A stretch of 64,000 bases of DNA from an uncultured Bdellovibrio sp. (GCA_964645745.1 CAZXZW010000002.1:5299-69298); one strand, 5' to 3'. Counted from the stretch's first letter, positions 9,799 to 20,610 are shown. Notes: a model not told the origin generated them from the letters alone. Translations and numbers: made by a program.

Positions 9799-9813
9799 CT
9801 TTCGTTAGCCTTT
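9790..9813. terminator. Hairpin between convergent nadE and the exonuclease gene
   Basis: Inverted repeat aaaggctaac / gttagccttt with a 4-nt loop. A T-rich tail appears only when read on the minus strand. Confidence 0.35.
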
Positions 9814-9844
9814 CATTCATTGTAACTTAAATTTTAAAATCAAA

Positions 9845-10456
9845 TTAAAGCATGAATCCCATTTGTTTAGGTGATCTTACGATTTGTGGGAATTTAAATT
9901 CAGGTTTACCTGTTAAAGAAACTAAATTTTCAATCGCAGGAGATTTTCCGCCAATTGAAATACGTTTAGTCATTTCAACGAATAAACGACCACAATAAGT
10001 CGCATCTTCTTCAGCTCTGTGGAAGTTAGAAGCTGGAATTTTCAAGTGTTGAACCAAAGTTCCTAATTTATAATTTGGAAGACCTGGGAACACTTTACGT
10101 GCGATCGGAAGTGTATCTAGAACGACTCCGCGAGGAGCAGCTAATTCAAGACGTTTAATATCAGCTAAAAGAAATTGAGAATCGAATGGTGCATTGTGAG
10201 CTACCATTGGAAGATCCTGACAGAATTCAGCGAATGAAGGAAGAATGTCTTCGATCAAAGGTTTGTCAAAAACCATATCATCCGTAATACCATTCACCGC
10301 AGATGCGCCAGCTGGAATAGGACGTTGTGGGTTAATTAAAGTTGAGAATACTGACTCAACTTCTTGGCCGTTAAATAATACCGCACCGATTTCGACGATT
10401 TGGTCAACACCGGGTACAGTTCCTGTAGTTTCTAAGTCAAAAGCTATGAATCTCAT
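9845..10456 (-). CDS. DnaQ-like 3'-5' exonuclease (DNA polymerase III epsilon family)
   Basis: Exo I FDLETTG, Exo II AHNAPFDSQFL, Exo III HRAEEDA. Start set at MRFIAFDLETTG. Confidence 0.85.
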   Translation of the reverse strand: MRFIAFDLETTGTVPGVDQIVEIGAVLFNGQEVESVFSTLINPQRPIPAGASAVNGITDDMVFDKPLIEDILPSFAEFCQDLPMVAHNAPFDSQFLLADIKRLELAAPRGVVLDTLPIARKVFPGLPNYKLGTLVQHLKIPASNFHRAEEDATYCGRLFVEMTKRISIGGKSPAIENLVSLTGKPEFKFPQIVRSPKQMGFML

Positions 10457-10479
10457 ATATATTTTGATACAAATAAAAC

Positions 10480-10827
10480 ATGACTGTTTCAAGAAAAACA
10501 CTCACCTTAGCTGAAACTTTTTTCCAAGAGGAAATTAAACTGGAAATTGATGTAAAAAGATCAACTTCAGTGACATTACTTGAGACTTTTAACGCCAACA
10601 AAGTAAGCATAAATCAGTCTTGTGGTGGAAATGGAACCTGCGGTACTTGCCGAGTGGAAATCATGCAAAATTCTGATTTTTTAAGACCCAAATCGGATTA
10701 TGAAACAGACGTCACTCAAGAGCTCGATTTGCTTCCCCATCAGAGACTTTCTTGTCAGGCTGAAATTAATGTAGACTCAGAAGCCGTAGATTTTTTGGTT
10801 AAAATCGTCAATGAACCTATCGATTAA
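10480..10827 (+). CDS. 2Fe-2S ferredoxin
   Basis: Cluster-binding pattern CGGNGTCGTCRV plus the distal LSCQA. Confidence 0.8.
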   Translation: MTVSRKTLTLAETFFQEEIKLEIDVKRSTSVTLLETFNANKVSINQSCGGNGTCGTCRVEIMQNSDFLRPKSDYETDVTQELDLLPHQRLSCQAEINVDSEAVDFLVKIVNEPID

Positions 10828-11984
10828 TTAACGTAGAAATTATTAGTGAAAATCCAGGTTAACCATTTATCCGCATCAGGAAATGGTAATGTCGTGCTTA
10901 AACGCACTTGAATACGGTAGACACCTTTTCCAGCAATAGGGAAATCTCCGATCGAAGTATTACGGTGATCGATGCGTTCTCCATTTTTGTATAAAACAAC
11001 TTCGTGATACACGTTAGGTTCGCGTGGCAGTTTAAAGAATAAACGTAATGATGAATCATAGCGTGTTTCATCACCCATAAAAGTGAATTGATTGTGACGT
11101 TTCGAAATCAAGTAAGATTCAAATCCGGTTGAATCCCCCATGGTATCTATCGAAACATAGAACGATCCGCTTTTGAGTGAATTGAAAATCGCTTTCTTAT
11201 CATTTTCCATGTTGCTGGAAAGCTCAGAGGTCATTAAGAGACGTTCACTCGCAATATTGAAAACGTTTTCGTAGCTGGGGAATTTGATGAGCCAGTTCGT
11301 GATCGGAACGGCCTTAGCTGTAGCTTCTGAAGACAGATAAAGATTGCGTTTCTTTTTTAAAGACATTTGGTCAAAGATTTTCAACTCATCGTCTGGATCA
11401 CGGTAAAGACGAAGCAAAGCTACTTTGGGATTAAAGGGGTAGAATAATAAACTCCAAATAGTGGAAACTTTTTTGTTTATCCACACTTTGTTGGCTAGAT
11501 TTTTTAGATTCACTACATCTAGTCCATCCGCAAAACCCAGGGGCTCAAGATTCGTGTTCATGTGGTCAATAACGATAACGTCTTGTGGATAATTCTCTAG
11601 ATAAGTGGCGTTGTAGTAATTAATGATATTTTTATTTGTGGCCGAATAGACGGTGTAAGAATTTTCATCGTTGATGATTTTAGCACCGAATAATTGGCCC
11701 ATGTTCATTAAATAACGATCTTGATCTAAATTTACAGATGGATTGAGATCAGTAAATAAAACAAATTTAGATTGAGAGCGCTTTGATTCTTCCGAAATAG
11801 AGCTATAAGTTCCAGATCCGATCGACATGCTCGAGTAAATATTTTGGTGAAGTTTGTAGTTATAAAAAATATTATTGGCTTTAATTTCTTTACCAAAGAG
11901 GTCAAATTGGTATTGAGAGAGATAAAATCCAAAAGTAACGTAAGCAAGAAAAAGAGTACTGATAGATATAAAAAATCTATTCAT
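10824..11984 (-). CDS. Hypothetical membrane-anchored protein, translationally coupled to the upstream GT39 gene
   Basis: 386-aa ORF with an N-terminal TM segment (ISISTLFLAYVTFGFYL). 8-nt overlap with the upstream gene. No recognisable motif. Confidence 0.6.
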   Translation of the reverse strand: MNRFFISISTLFLAYVTFGFYLSQYQFDLFGKEIKANNIFYNYKLHQNIYSSMSIGSGTYSSISEESKRSQSKFVLFTDLNPSVNLDQDRYLMNMGQLFGAKIINDENSYTVYSATNKNIINYYNATYLENYPQDVIVIDHMNTNLEPLGFADGLDVVNLKNLANKVWINKKVSTIWSLLFYPFNPKVALLRLYRDPDDELKIFDQMSLKKKRNLYLSSEATAKAVPITNWLIKFPSYENVFNIASERLLMTSELSSNMENDKKAIFNSLKSGSFYVSIDTMGDSTGFESYLISKRHNQFTFMGDETRYDSSLRLFFKLPREPNVYHEVVLYKNGERIDHRNTSIGDFPIAGKGVYRIQVRLSTTLPFPDADKWLTWIFTNNFYVN

Positions 11985-13335
11985 AGCTCAGCTCGTACAG
12001 TTCCAAATCGTATTTTGGCAAGTCCATGACTTTAACCATATGGTATTCATCAGTCCATTCGGGCCATGATGTTTGCGAGTATTTCAAAACGTAGAACTTT
12101 TCCATTTCATAAGACGGTAAAGATTCTTTAAGTGAGTCGTAAAAATCAATACGAGATAAAGCATCTAGTTTGTAAATCGGTTCATTTGAAATCGCATGCA
12201 TTAACGATGACATTTGATAAGTCGGACCGAAGAGTGGACGGTAATTTTTAGTGAGATCGTAAATTTCTTTAGCGGAATAGCTTTGCGGAATGTTCACTAG
12301 TTTTTTCGTACTGATAGGCGATACGATAAATCCTAAAATAATTAACCAAATAGCACACCAGTAAATCAGGCTGGCTTTGAAGTAAGGTTTAAAATCTTTC
12401 TTGATACTGGCCAAGCCGTGCGCGTGAGATGTAGTCGGCCAGTTGGCTTCAACAATAGCTTTAAATGAACTAAAGACGAAGAAGCCCCATTGAGATAGAG
12501 CCACATTCTTAGATAATGAATTGCGAACATTTTTAAAAATGTAGAATAAAATAATAGGATTAAATAAAAAGATCTGTCCCAACAAATAAGAAACAGTCCA
12601 CATATAGTTATAGCTTTTTTGCGCGTTGAATCCGTGATTAAGCTGGAATAAGAATGAAACCCATTCATTCTGATAGTTCCAGATCACTACGGGTAGTGAG
12701 AATATAAATCCAAAGACAACCGTGTAAATCAACTTTTTCATTTGAATGCTTTTCAAATCTTTTAAGAAGAATAGAGAAATGATCATCGAGATTGGTAAAA
12801 CTACGATATGATATTTAGAACAGAAACCTAAACCTAAACTGATTCCAAGGATTGAATACCATTTCGTCGACTGTGTTTCGCGAATTTTCAAAATAGCATA
12901 GTAGGCGATAGACCAGAAAAACAATAACGGAACATCTGGGGTGGCAAAAATTCCGCCTAAGCCCACCAAGGGATTGAGGAAATACAATGCGGTAAACGCA
13001 CCAGCATTTTCTTCGTCTTTTTGCTCAAATAAATAAGCTTTCAGCCAAACTAAGAATGTTAAGGAGCTAAGAACGATAAAAGGTAAACGAATACTGAGCC
13101 AATACCAAGACAGCGGAAAGACGGTATAAAGTTGATTGGATATCCACGTAAGCCACGCTACTGCTGGCGGATGATCGAAGTAGCTGAGCTGGAGATATTG
13201 TCCCCAAACTAAGTAGTAAGACTCGTCTCCGACAATAGGAAGTAAATAAGCTAAAGTAAATTTAGCAATTAATGAGAATATAAATACTCTTAAGGCAAAA
13301 GAGTTGTTAGTAAGAAAGTTTAACCGGTTTTGCAT
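11977..13335 (-). CDS. Polytopic glycosyltransferase, family 39 / ArnT-PMT-like
   Basis: About 11 predicted TM helices. The N-terminal loop motif GDESYYLVWGQYL...YFDHPP is typical of GT-C (ArnT/PMT) enzymes. Confidence 0.7.
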   Translation of the reverse strand: MQNRLNFLTNNSFALRVFIFSLIAKFTLAYLLPIVGDESYYLVWGQYLQLSYFDHPPAVAWLTWISNQLYTVFPLSWYWLSIRLPFIVLSSLTFLVWLKAYLFEQKDEENAGAFTALYFLNPLVGLGGIFATPDVPLLFFWSIAYYAILKIRETQSTKWYSILGISLGLGFCSKYHIVVLPISMIISLFFLKDLKSIQMKKLIYTVVFGFIFSLPVVIWNYQNEWVSFLFQLNHGFNAQKSYNYMWTVSYLLGQIFLFNPIILFYIFKNVRNSLSKNVALSQWGFFVFSSFKAIVEANWPTTSHAHGLASIKKDFKPYFKASLIYWCAIWLIILGFIVSPISTKKLVNIPQSYSAKEIYDLTKNYRPLFGPTYQMSSLMHAISNEPIYKLDALSRIDFYDSLKESLPSYEMEKFYVLKYSQTSWPEWTDEYHMVKVMDLPKYDLELYELSYE

Positions 13336-14236
13336 CCGTAGAAGCTAAGCCTTTATTAATGCCGTTCACGGTAATTGAAATAGAATTACCTTCGTCAGCT
13401 TTTAAGTGAAGTCCATTTTTAGACTTGATGATTTGGAATGTATTCTTTTTTAATTCTAAAGTTTTGAAATTATTTTCATTTCCAACAGAATAAGAAATAA
13501 CCGTGTCTTTTGTCGCTTCGATTACTAGCTCAACGGATTTTGTTGAAACTAAAACTTCTGGTTGCTTAACTTCAGGGGCAGCGTTAATTACCGTATTTTC
13601 AACGGGCTTTTGAGTCGTCGCAGGAGCCGTTGTTACGGGGGCTGATGTGATAGGCGCTGTTGTTGTTGGTGTAGCTGGAGCATTTGTTTCAACTGGAGGG
13701 TTCATTGCTAATTCTTTGCTAGCATTAGCTTCTTGTGTGAGATTCTCTACTGTTAACTTAGGAGCTTCTGCATTTGGTGAAACTTCTTTTTGATATTTGT
13801 TGATGACTTGGTTGATTCCACCAATAACGATCACAGCAAAAGTAATTAAGGCCACAATTTTTAAAGTATTTTTATTGAGATTCATTTTCAAGTTAGGTGT
13901 CACTGAAGCCATTTCTTGCTTCGGAGCACTTTCCTCAAAATTGTAAGTTTTAGCTTTAGCATTTTCGCTAGGAGCCGCAACTACTTTAGAAACGGGGCGT
14001 GTAGTTCCCATTTCCTCTTGGAACTGATTCAAAACCATATTCGGATCAAGCTTTAACATTTCAGCGTAAGATTTTACGAAACCACGCACGAACGTTTTTG
14101 CAGGCAAAGCTTCTGTGTCGCCCTCTTCGATCGCGTTGATGGTGCGAGGACTTAATTTTAAAGCGAAAGCGATATCCTGTTGAGAGAGTTTTAGTTTAAT
14201 TCTTTCAGATTTCAATAGTTCGCCTGTGATTTTCAT
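13307..14236 (-). CDS. rodZ: RodZ-like cytoskeleton protein (HTH, TM segment, C-terminal domain)
   Basis: XRE-type HTH (LKSERIKLKLSQQDIAFALKLSPRTINAIEEGD), FVRGFVKSYA, a single TM segment, a Pro/Thr/Ala linker and a C-terminal beta domain. Confidence 0.7.
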   Translation of the reverse strand: MKITGELLKSERIKLKLSQQDIAFALKLSPRTINAIEEGDTEALPAKTFVRGFVKSYAEMLKLDPNMVLNQFQEEMGTTRPVSKVVAAPSENAKAKTYNFEESAPKQEMASVTPNLKMNLNKNTLKIVALITFAVIVIGGINQVINKYQKEVSPNAEAPKLTVENLTQEANASKELAMNPPVETNAPATPTTTAPITSAPVTTAPATTQKPVENTVINAAPEVKQPEVLVSTKSVELVIEATKDTVISYSVGNENNFKTLELKKNTFQIIKSKNGLHLKADEGNSISITVNGINKGLASTDAKPVKLSY

Positions 14237-15024
14237 TATCTCATTTCCTTTTGAATCAATTGGATCATTTCGGTTGATTTAGCGCGGTGTTTGCCTTCAG
14301 GGAATATTTTAACTAACTCTTCAAAACGCGCTAAGGCTTTTTGTTTATTACCTGTACGGTAGTAAGCGATGGCTCCGTAGAAGTGAGCATCATCGACACG
14401 CTCAAGCACGCAGAATTGAGTGGCCTTATCTAATTGCTCTGCTGCTAGTTTTGCGTAGTTCGTTTCCATAAGAGATCGAGCATAGTAAACTTGAGTGTAA
14501 CAGTCTTCGCGGTTGTCACTTAAGATTTTAGAAAGATAAAGTTTCGCCTGATCAAATTTATTTTGATTAAAATAAAGAAGACCATAGTTGAAATAAGCAC
14601 TGTGAGCATTCGTGTAAGTTAAATCTGCTAAGACTTCATCTAATAAACGAGCCGCTTTGCTGTATTGTTTCTGTTCGATGTACACACGCGCTAAATTATT
14701 TTTAGCTTCGGTGAAGGCCGGATTTAAAGTGACTGCTTCAGTAAAATACTTAACCGAGAGATCATATTTTTCACGAAGATAATAAACAATACCGAGATTG
14801 TTGTGAACGTAAGGATTTTTAGGATCTAATTCCAGCGCACCTAAAAGTTCTTTTAAAGCTAATGGTAAATTGTTTCTCTGCATGTGAGAAACGCCGATTT
14901 CCATTTTAAGCTCAGCGGCCCGGGCCTTATTATTTTGATTAGTACTTACGCAACCCCATGTGAACAACACTGTGATCACAATTGAGAATGAAAGTAAGAG
15001 GTTTCTCATCATTTTACTGGTCAT
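14236..15024 (-). CDS. TPR lipoprotein, PilW/PilF-like
   Basis: Lipobox LFTWGC, then about six TPR repeats. The position upstream of rodZ matches the common pilW-rodZ pairing. Confidence 0.6.
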   Translation of the reverse strand: MTSKMMRNLLLSFSIVITVLFTWGCVSTNQNNKARAAELKMEIGVSHMQRNNLPLALKELLGALELDPKNPYVHNNLGIVYYLREKYDLSVKYFTEAVTLNPAFTEAKNNLARVYIEQKQYSKAARLLDEVLADLTYTNAHSAYFNYGLLYFNQNKFDQAKLYLSKILSDNREDCYTQVYYARSLMETNYAKLAAEQLDKATQFCVLERVDDAHFYGAIAYYRTGNKQKALARFEELVKIFPEGKHRAKSTEMIQLIQKEMR

Positions 15025-15078
15025 GTCTTTATGCTAGCATCAGACAGATTTGAGTCAATGAATGAAAGCGATTTATGC

Positions 15079-16302
15079 TTAGGATTTACGAGTTAAAACG
15101 CACAGAGTTTCGAAATGATCTGTCTGTGGAAACATATCAAATATTTGAAGATGTTTTACTTGATATTCCGGAGCTGATTTCATCAATAAAGCGATATCGC
15201 GCACAAGCATCGTTGGGTGACAGCTGATATAAACGATATGCTCGGGGCGTTTTTCAGCTATGCGCTGAATCACTTCCGGTAAGCAGCCGCTGCGAGGCGG
15301 ATCAAGCAAGATGATTTCTTTAGATAATGGTTGATGGAAAGCAAAAGTTTCCACTTTAGTTGTGAAAAAAGTAACCTGCTTAATCAATTTTTTAGCTTTA
15401 ACTAATTCAGCTGCGGCATGAGTTAAACGGTGATTTAATTCGACCGCTTCAATACGCATTTTAGTGAAAGTAGCAGCTAAAGCAAAAGTGAAATTTCCAG
15501 CTCCAGCATAGAGTTCTGTCAGAAGACCAGAAAAATCAGAGGGAATTAAAGCTTTAATTTGTTTTAAAGTTTCATCGACTAACAATTGATTCACAAAATT
15601 GTTCACTTGAGAGAAAGCTAAACCTTCTCCGTGTGAACCAATGTCGTAATGTTCCGTTTTTCCGTCTTGGTTGATCTTAATTTCGTACTTTTTTAGTTCT
15701 ACTGAGGGTTTTAAAGTCTGGCTTAATTCAGCGATTTTAGAGCGAATAGGAGGCTCCGCTAATAAACAATCGGTGATCGGAACAATTTCGTGGGAATTCG
15801 GTTTAAAATAACCGAGTTTATTTTGTAAATGTTTAAGCTGAATACGATTTCGGTATTCAAAAACTTTATCGGAAATAACTGTCGGTAATAAAGTGTATTT
15901 CACCGCAGGTAAAAATTTAGTGAACAATTCTTTTAACAGGATTTCTTTTTGATTAATTTGTTCAGATTCAGTGAATTGTTGCCAAGAACACCCACCACAT
16001 TGGTTTGCAACGGGACAAGGTGGTTCGCGACGAAACGGAGAGGGTTTGGTAATTTCAAGAATTTCACCAAACAAAAATGTTTTTTCAGCCTGAGTGATTT
16101 TGATTTTAACTTCGTCCCCAGGAGCTGATTTAGGAATGAAAACAACGACCGTACGGTCAAGAACGGGGATACGAGCCACGCCATCGCCACCAATTGACAT
16201 TTTTTCAATGGTCACAGTGTGCTCAGAATGCAAAAGGGACTCTAAACCAGAGCCCCTTTTGTTTTGATTATTCGCTTGAGGAGTAATCTTTCTAAAACCC
16301 AC
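15079..16302 (-). CDS. RNA (uracil-5-)-methyltransferase, RumA/RlmD/TrmA family
   Basis: GTG start. N-terminal TRAM domain (GGDGVARI), Fe-S Cys cluster (CPVANQCGGCSWQ), SAM fold (ELYAGAGNF) and the catalytic region LDPPRSG ... YISCHP. Confidence 0.85.
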   Translation of the reverse strand: MGFRKITPQANNQNKRGSGLESLLHSEHTVTIEKMSIGGDGVARIPVLDRTVVVFIPKSAPGDEVKIKITQAEKTFLFGEILEITKPSPFRREPPCPVANQCGGCSWQQFTESEQINQKEILLKELFTKFLPAVKYTLLPTVISDKVFEYRNRIQLKHLQNKLGYFKPNSHEIVPITDCLLAEPPIRSKIAELSQTLKPSVELKKYEIKINQDGKTEHYDIGSHGEGLAFSQVNNFVNQLLVDETLKQIKALIPSDFSGLLTELYAGAGNFTFALAATFTKMRIEAVELNHRLTHAAAELVKAKKLIKQVTFFTTKVETFAFHQPLSKEIILLDPPRSGCLPEVIQRIAEKRPEHIVYISCHPTMLVRDIALLMKSAPEYQVKHLQIFDMFPQTDHFETLCVLTRKS

Positions 16303-16305
16303 GTA

Positions 16306-16731
16306 TTAGAAGTTTACTAATTCGTGACGGTCAAAGAAGATTGCTAATTCGCGCTCAGCAGAAGCTACAGAGTCTGATCCGTGAACTGCGTTTTCGCCCA
16401 TAGAATCACCGTGTTTAGCACGGATAGTTCCAGCGTCAGCTTTTTTAGGATCAGTAGCACCCATGATTTCGCGGTTTTTTAAAACTGCGTTTTCACCAGT
16501 TAAACACATCATAACAACAGGTCCTGAAGTCATGAAAGTGACTAATTCACCGAAGAAAGGACGTTCTTTGTGTTCAGCGTAGAATAATTCAGTTTTTTCT
16601 TTAGACATCATACCTAATTTCGCTGCTGCGATTTTTAAGCCTTTTGATTCAAAAGTAGCGATGATATCGCCGATAACGTTCTTTTTTACCGCGTTTGGTT
16701 TGATGATTGAAAATGTTCTTTCGTTAGCCAT
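16306..16731 (-). CDS. ndk: Nucleoside diphosphate kinase
   Basis: [15 protein letters not shown] ... NAVHGSDS (active-site His). Confidence 0.97.
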   Translation of the reverse strand: MANERTFSIIKPNAVKKNVIGDIIATFESKGLKIAAAKLGMMSKEKTELFYAEHKERPFFGELVTFMTSGPVVMMCLTGENAVLKNREIMGATDPKKADAGTIRAKHGDSMGENAVHGSDSVASAERELAIFFDRHELVNF

Positions 16732-16751
16732 GATAATCTCCCTTTATTGAG

Positions 16752-17621
16752 TTATTTTAACATTGATTTAAGTGTAGTGCCCATATCTGCCGGATTACGC
16801 GCGATTTTGCAACCTGCAGCTTCTAATGCTGCAAATTTTGCTTCCGCCGTACCCTTACCACCGCTAATAATAGCGCCGGCATGGCCCATACGTTTTCCTG
16901 CTGGAGCCGCTGCCCCTGCGATAAACACCGCTACAGGCTTTTTGAACTCTTTTTTGATGTATTCAGCAGCTTCTTCTTCAGCTGAGCCACCGATTTCACC
17001 GATCATGATCACGCCATCAGTTTCTGGATCCGCGTTAAACATTTTCAATACGTCGATGAAGTTCGTTCCATTCACTGGATCTCCGCCTATACCTACGCAA
17101 GAAGATTGACCTAAGCCTAAAGCTGATAATTGACCAACAGCTTCGTAAGTTAATGTTCCTGAACGAGATAATACGCCGATACGACCTTTTTTGTGAATGT
17201 GGCCTGGCATGATACCAATTTTACATTCGCCTGGAGTGATAACGCCCGGGCAGTTAGGTCCTACAAGGCGAGATTTTTTTCCAACCATGTATTGTTTAAC
17301 TTTAACCATGTCTAAAACAGGAATACCTTCAGTGATACAAACGATTAATTCGATACCTGCATCAACAGCTTCCATGATTGAATCAGCTGCGAAAGCCGGT
17401 GGAACGAAAACCATAGTTGCAGTACAACCTGTTTTTTCTTTAGCTTCTTTAACAGTATTGAATACTGGTAAACCTAAATGAGTTGTTCCGCCTTTACCTG
17501 GAGTAACGCCACCTACGAATTGAGTTCCGTAAGCTAAACATTGTTCCGTATGGAAAGAACCTTGAGCTCCTGTGATACCTTGGCAAATAACTTTTGTGTC
17601 TTTATTTACGATAATTGACAT
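16752..17621 (-). CDS. sucD: Succinyl-CoA ligase subunit alpha
   Basis: [30 protein letters not shown] (phospho-His loop). Confidence 0.97.
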   Translation of the reverse strand: MSIIVNKDTKVICQGITGAQGSFHTEQCLAYGTQFVGGVTPGKGGTTHLGLPVFNTVKEAKEKTGCTATMVFVPPAFAADSIMEAVDAGIELIVCITEGIPVLDMVKVKQYMVGKKSRLVGPNCPGVITPGECKIGIMPGHIHKKGRIGVLSRSGTLTYEAVGQLSALGLGQSSCVGIGGDPVNGTNFIDVLKMFNADPETDGVIMIGEIGGSAEEEAAEYIKKEFKKPVAVFIAGAAAPAGKRMGHAGAIISGGKGTAEAKFAALEAAGCKIARNPADMGTTLKSMLK

Positions 17622-17628
17622 CTAAGAC

Positions 17629-18792
17629 CTACTTCTTGATCGCTGCAGTAATTTTTTTAGCAGCATCTGTTAAATCGCTTGCAGGAATGATGTTTAAACC
17701 ACTGTCTGCTAAGATTTTTTTACCTAATTCAACGTTAGTACCTTCTAAACGAACAACTAAAGGAACTTTCAAACCTACTTCTTTAGAAGCGGCGATAACA
17801 CCTTCAGCGATCACGTCACACTTCATGATACCACCGAAGATATTAACTAAAATACCTTTAACATTTGGATCTTTAAGGATGATTTTGAACGCGTTTGTTA
17901 CCTTTTCTTTATTTGCGCCGCCGCCAACGTCTAAGAAGTTCGCTGGAGATTCGCCGAATAATTTAATGATATCAAGAGTGGCCATCGCAAGACCGGCACC
18001 ATTCACTAAACAGCCGATGTTTCCATCTAATTTAATGAAAGCTAAGTCAAACTTAGAGGCTTCGATTTCTGCTGGATCTTCTTCGTTTAAGTCACGTAAT
18101 TCCATGATTGATGGGTGACGGAATAATGCGTTTGAATCGAAATTCATTTTCGCATCTAAACAAATCACATCGTTTTCTTTAGTGACAACTAAAGGATTAA
18201 TTTCTGCGATAGAGCAGTCATACTTAACGAAAGCTTCGTATAAACCCATGAAGAATTTAGTCGCTTTGTTGATGATTTCAGGTTGCATACCGATTTTGAA
18301 CGCTAATTCGCGAGCTTGCCATGCACCTAATCCAGTAGTTGGATCGATATCTACTTTGTGGATCGCTTCGGGTCTGTGTTCAGCAACTTCTTCGATGTCT
18401 ACTCCGCCTTCGCTCGATGCCATCATGGCGATACGACCAGTTTCACGGTCAACTAAACATGCTACGTAGTATTCTTTAGCGATGTTACAGCCTGATTCAA
18501 TGTAAACTTTTTGAACTACTTTACCTTCAGGACCTGTTTGGTGAGTCACTAAAGTCATTCCTAACATTTGTTTCGTTAGCGTTCCAACTTCTTCAATTGA
18601 TTTTGCTAACTTAACTCCGCCACCTTTACCACGGCCACCGGCGTGGATTTGGGCTTTAACAACCCAAATATTTCCACCGATAGCTTTAGCTGCAGCGATG
18701 GCTTCATCTGGAGAATGAGCAATTTGACCTTTTAAAGTCGCGACTCCGAATTTTCCAAGAACTTGCTTGGCTTGATACTCATGAATATTCAT
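17629..18792 (-). CDS. sucC: Succinyl-CoA ligase subunit beta
   Basis: [15 protein letters not shown]-grasp domain, [22 protein letters not shown]. Confidence 0.97.
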   Translation of the reverse strand: MNIHEYQAKQVLGKFGVATLKGQIAHSPDEAIAAAKAIGGNIWVVKAQIHAGGRGKGGGVKLAKSIEEVGTLTKQMLGMTLVTHQTGPEGKVVQKVYIESGCNIAKEYYVACLVDRETGRIAMMASSEGGVDIEEVAEHRPEAIHKVDIDPTTGLGAWQARELAFKIGMQPEIINKATKFFMGLYEAFVKYDCSIAEINPLVVTKENDVICLDAKMNFDSNALFRHPSIMELRDLNEEDPAEIEASKFDLAFIKLDGNIGCLVNGAGLAMATLDIIKLFGESPANFLDVGGGANKEKVTNAFKIILKDPNVKGILVNIFGGIMKCDVIAEGVIAASKEVGLKVPLVVRLEGTNVELGKKILADSGLNIIPASDLTDAAKKITAAIKK

Positions 18793-19736
18793 TATTGAAC
18801 CGTTTTTAACCCTTCACAAAGTGTGCGAACTGCGTTGACTGATTTTTCGAATTCAGCTTTTTCATCAGCGTTGAATTTGTAGTCGATGATTTTTTCTAAA
18901 CCTTTACCACCGATAACACACATAACACCAACCATCATACCGTCATTAACGCCGAACTCACCTTTAAGTTCAACAGCAACTGGTAATACGCGTTTTTGAT
19001 CTTTAAGAATCGCTTCAGCCATTTCAACTGCACCGCGAGAAGGAGCGTAGTAAGCAGATCCTGTTTTTAAGTGTCCACCGATTTCGGCACCTGCAGATTT
19101 AGTACGTTGAACGATCGCAGCGATTTTATCAGCTGGTAACATATCGATTAATGGAACTGAACCTACAGAAGCTGTGCGAACTAAAGGAACCATCGCATCA
19201 CCGTGGTTACCAACAACAACACCAGTTACGTCTTTGTAAGAAACTCCACACTCTTCAGCGATGAAAGTACGGAAACGAGCTGAATCTAAACATCCACCCA
19301 TTCCAAGAACGCGTTCACGTGGGAAACCTAATTGTTGTTTAGCGTAAAGAGCCATAACGTCCATTGGGTTACAAACTACGATAACGATAGAGTTTGGAGC
19401 GTTCGCTTTGATTCCTGCGCAAACATCTTTAACGATTTTCGCGTTGATTCCGATTAATTCATCACGGCTCATGCCTGGCTTACGTGGCATGCCTGCAGTT
19501 ACGATCACGATGTCTGCATCTTTGATGTCTGCATAATTAGAAGTACCTTTTACTTTTGTATCAAACATTTCGATCGTTGCTGCTTGAGCTAAATCTAAAG
19601 ATTTACCGATAGCTGCGCCTTCGTTAACGTCTAAAAGTACAACGTCACCTAGTTCTTTTTGAGCTGCCCAGTGAGCTGTTGTTGAACCAACAAAACCTGC
19701 GCCGATAACGGCGATTTTTTTACGTGTGTGAGCCAT
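18792..19736 (-). CDS. mdh: Malate dehydrogenase (LDH-like type)
   Basis: [15 protein letters not shown] Rossmann motif, [18 protein letters not shown] catalytic His. 1-nt overlap with sucC. Confidence 0.95.
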   Translation of the reverse strand: MAHTRKKIAVIGAGFVGSTTAHWAAQKELGDVVLLDVNEGAAIGKSLDLAQAATIEMFDTKVKGTSNYADIKDADIVIVTAGMPRKPGMSRDELIGINAKIVKDVCAGIKANAPNSIVIVVCNPMDVMALYAKQQLGFPRERVLGMGGCLDSARFRTFIAEECGVSYKDVTGVVVGNHGDAMVPLVRTASVGSVPLIDMLPADKIAAIVQRTKSAGAEIGGHLKTGSAYYAPSRGAVEMAEAILKDQKRVLPVAVELKGEFGVNDGMMVGVMCVIGGKGLEKIIDYKFNADEKAEFEKSVNAVRTLCEGLKTVQ

Positions 19737-19757
19737 AGAATCTCCTTAAATAGATTG

Positions 19758-19771
19758 TCTGCATATGCAGA
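19758..19771. promoter_or_regulatory. Perfect 14-bp palindrome in the mdh 5' leader (candidate operator)
   Basis: TCTGCATATGCAGA, about 22 nt upstream of the mdh start codon. Confidence 0.25.
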
Positions 19772-19960
19772 ATTTAGATTAATGTGTGAGTCATTGTTTT
19801 AGAGTGAAAAAGCCAAAATCTCAAGTCTAGAACAGAAATGCCGCATTGGCGAATCCCCGTGGGGATTTCAGAGACAAAATGAAAAATTTAATTGCGTTTA
19901 TTCGAAGCATTATTATGATAGAGGCTGATATAACAATTAATGATCATCACCGGAGGTTTC

Positions 19961-20578
19961 ATGAAACAAACAATTTTGGCCGCATTCGTCCTGGGTTTAG
20001 CACTCGTTTCCCAAAATGCATTGGCTGACACGACAACAGGAACGACTTCAATCTTTTCGAAGAACCAAAAATTCGATAATGAAGGTGTTGAGCTTTACAA
20101 TAACAACCTAGATATGAAATCGATGAAGAAAATCGGCGCCGGATTGGCCGCTGCGGGTATGATGGGAACGATCGGATTGAATGTTGAGGTCAATCTTGAG
20201 CCGGAAGATACAGTTTTCTTCGGTTTAGGAACTGGAAAAGGCTTCAATACATTTAATTTCGGATATAAGAAAAATTATGAAGGATATTATATGTCGCCCT
20301 ACACAAAAGTCGGGTTAACAAGATGGTCAAGCGCCTCAAATGCGGGTGCCGGAGCCTCTTCCGGATCAGATGTTTTACGTCAAGTTTTGTCGGATAATGA
20401 GATCAGAGAAAACAATTTTTATGTGAACTTTTTAGCGGGTGGAGCGGGCTTAGAATACAACCAATTAGAAGGAAATTTATCGGGTGTAAATTTGTTCGGA
20501 GAGTTGTTAGTGTTAGCTGATATTTCTGATTTGAAATTAGTTCCAACAGGTTCAATCGGAATCACATACTTCTACTAA
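19961..20578 (+). CDS. Putative small outer-membrane beta-barrel protein
   Basis: Signal peptide MKQTILAAFVLGLALVSQNALA, Gly/aromatic alternating strands and a C-terminal GITYFY typical of OMP termini. Start set at the internal Met. Confidence 0.5.
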   Translation: MKQTILAAFVLGLALVSQNALADTTTGTTSIFSKNQKFDNEGVELYNNNLDMKSMKKIGAGLAAAGMMGTIGLNVEVNLEPEDTVFFGLGTGKGFNTFNFGYKKNYEGYYMSPYTKVGLTRWSSASNAGAGASSGSDVLRQVLSDNEIRENNFYVNFLAGGAGLEYNQLEGNLSGVNLFGELLVLADISDLKLVPTGSIGITYFY

Positions 20579-20610
20579 GACATTTTTTAAATTACATTTT
20601 TATCACACAA

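Noticed and set aside
10457-10501. 15-codon N-terminal extension of the DnaQ-like exonuclease, and the antisense 89-aa ORF at 10245-10514.
   Set aside because: The Exo I motif follows directly after the internal Met (MRFIAFDLETTG). The extension would overlap the divergent ferredoxin start region.
16747-18469. Plus-strand ORFs of 94-167 aa (16747-17109, 17197-17481, 17615-18118, 18182-18469) opposite sucD and sucC.
   Set aside because: They lie antisense to unambiguous, highly conserved genes. Their translations are low-complexity Ala/Pro/Ser/Thr-rich, typical of shadow ORFs. No RBS is evident.
19848-19870. Short hairpin gaatcccc-gt-ggggatt in the mdh/OMP intergenic region.
   Set aside because: The loop is too small, there is no T-run, and the element lies between divergent genes where no terminator is expected.
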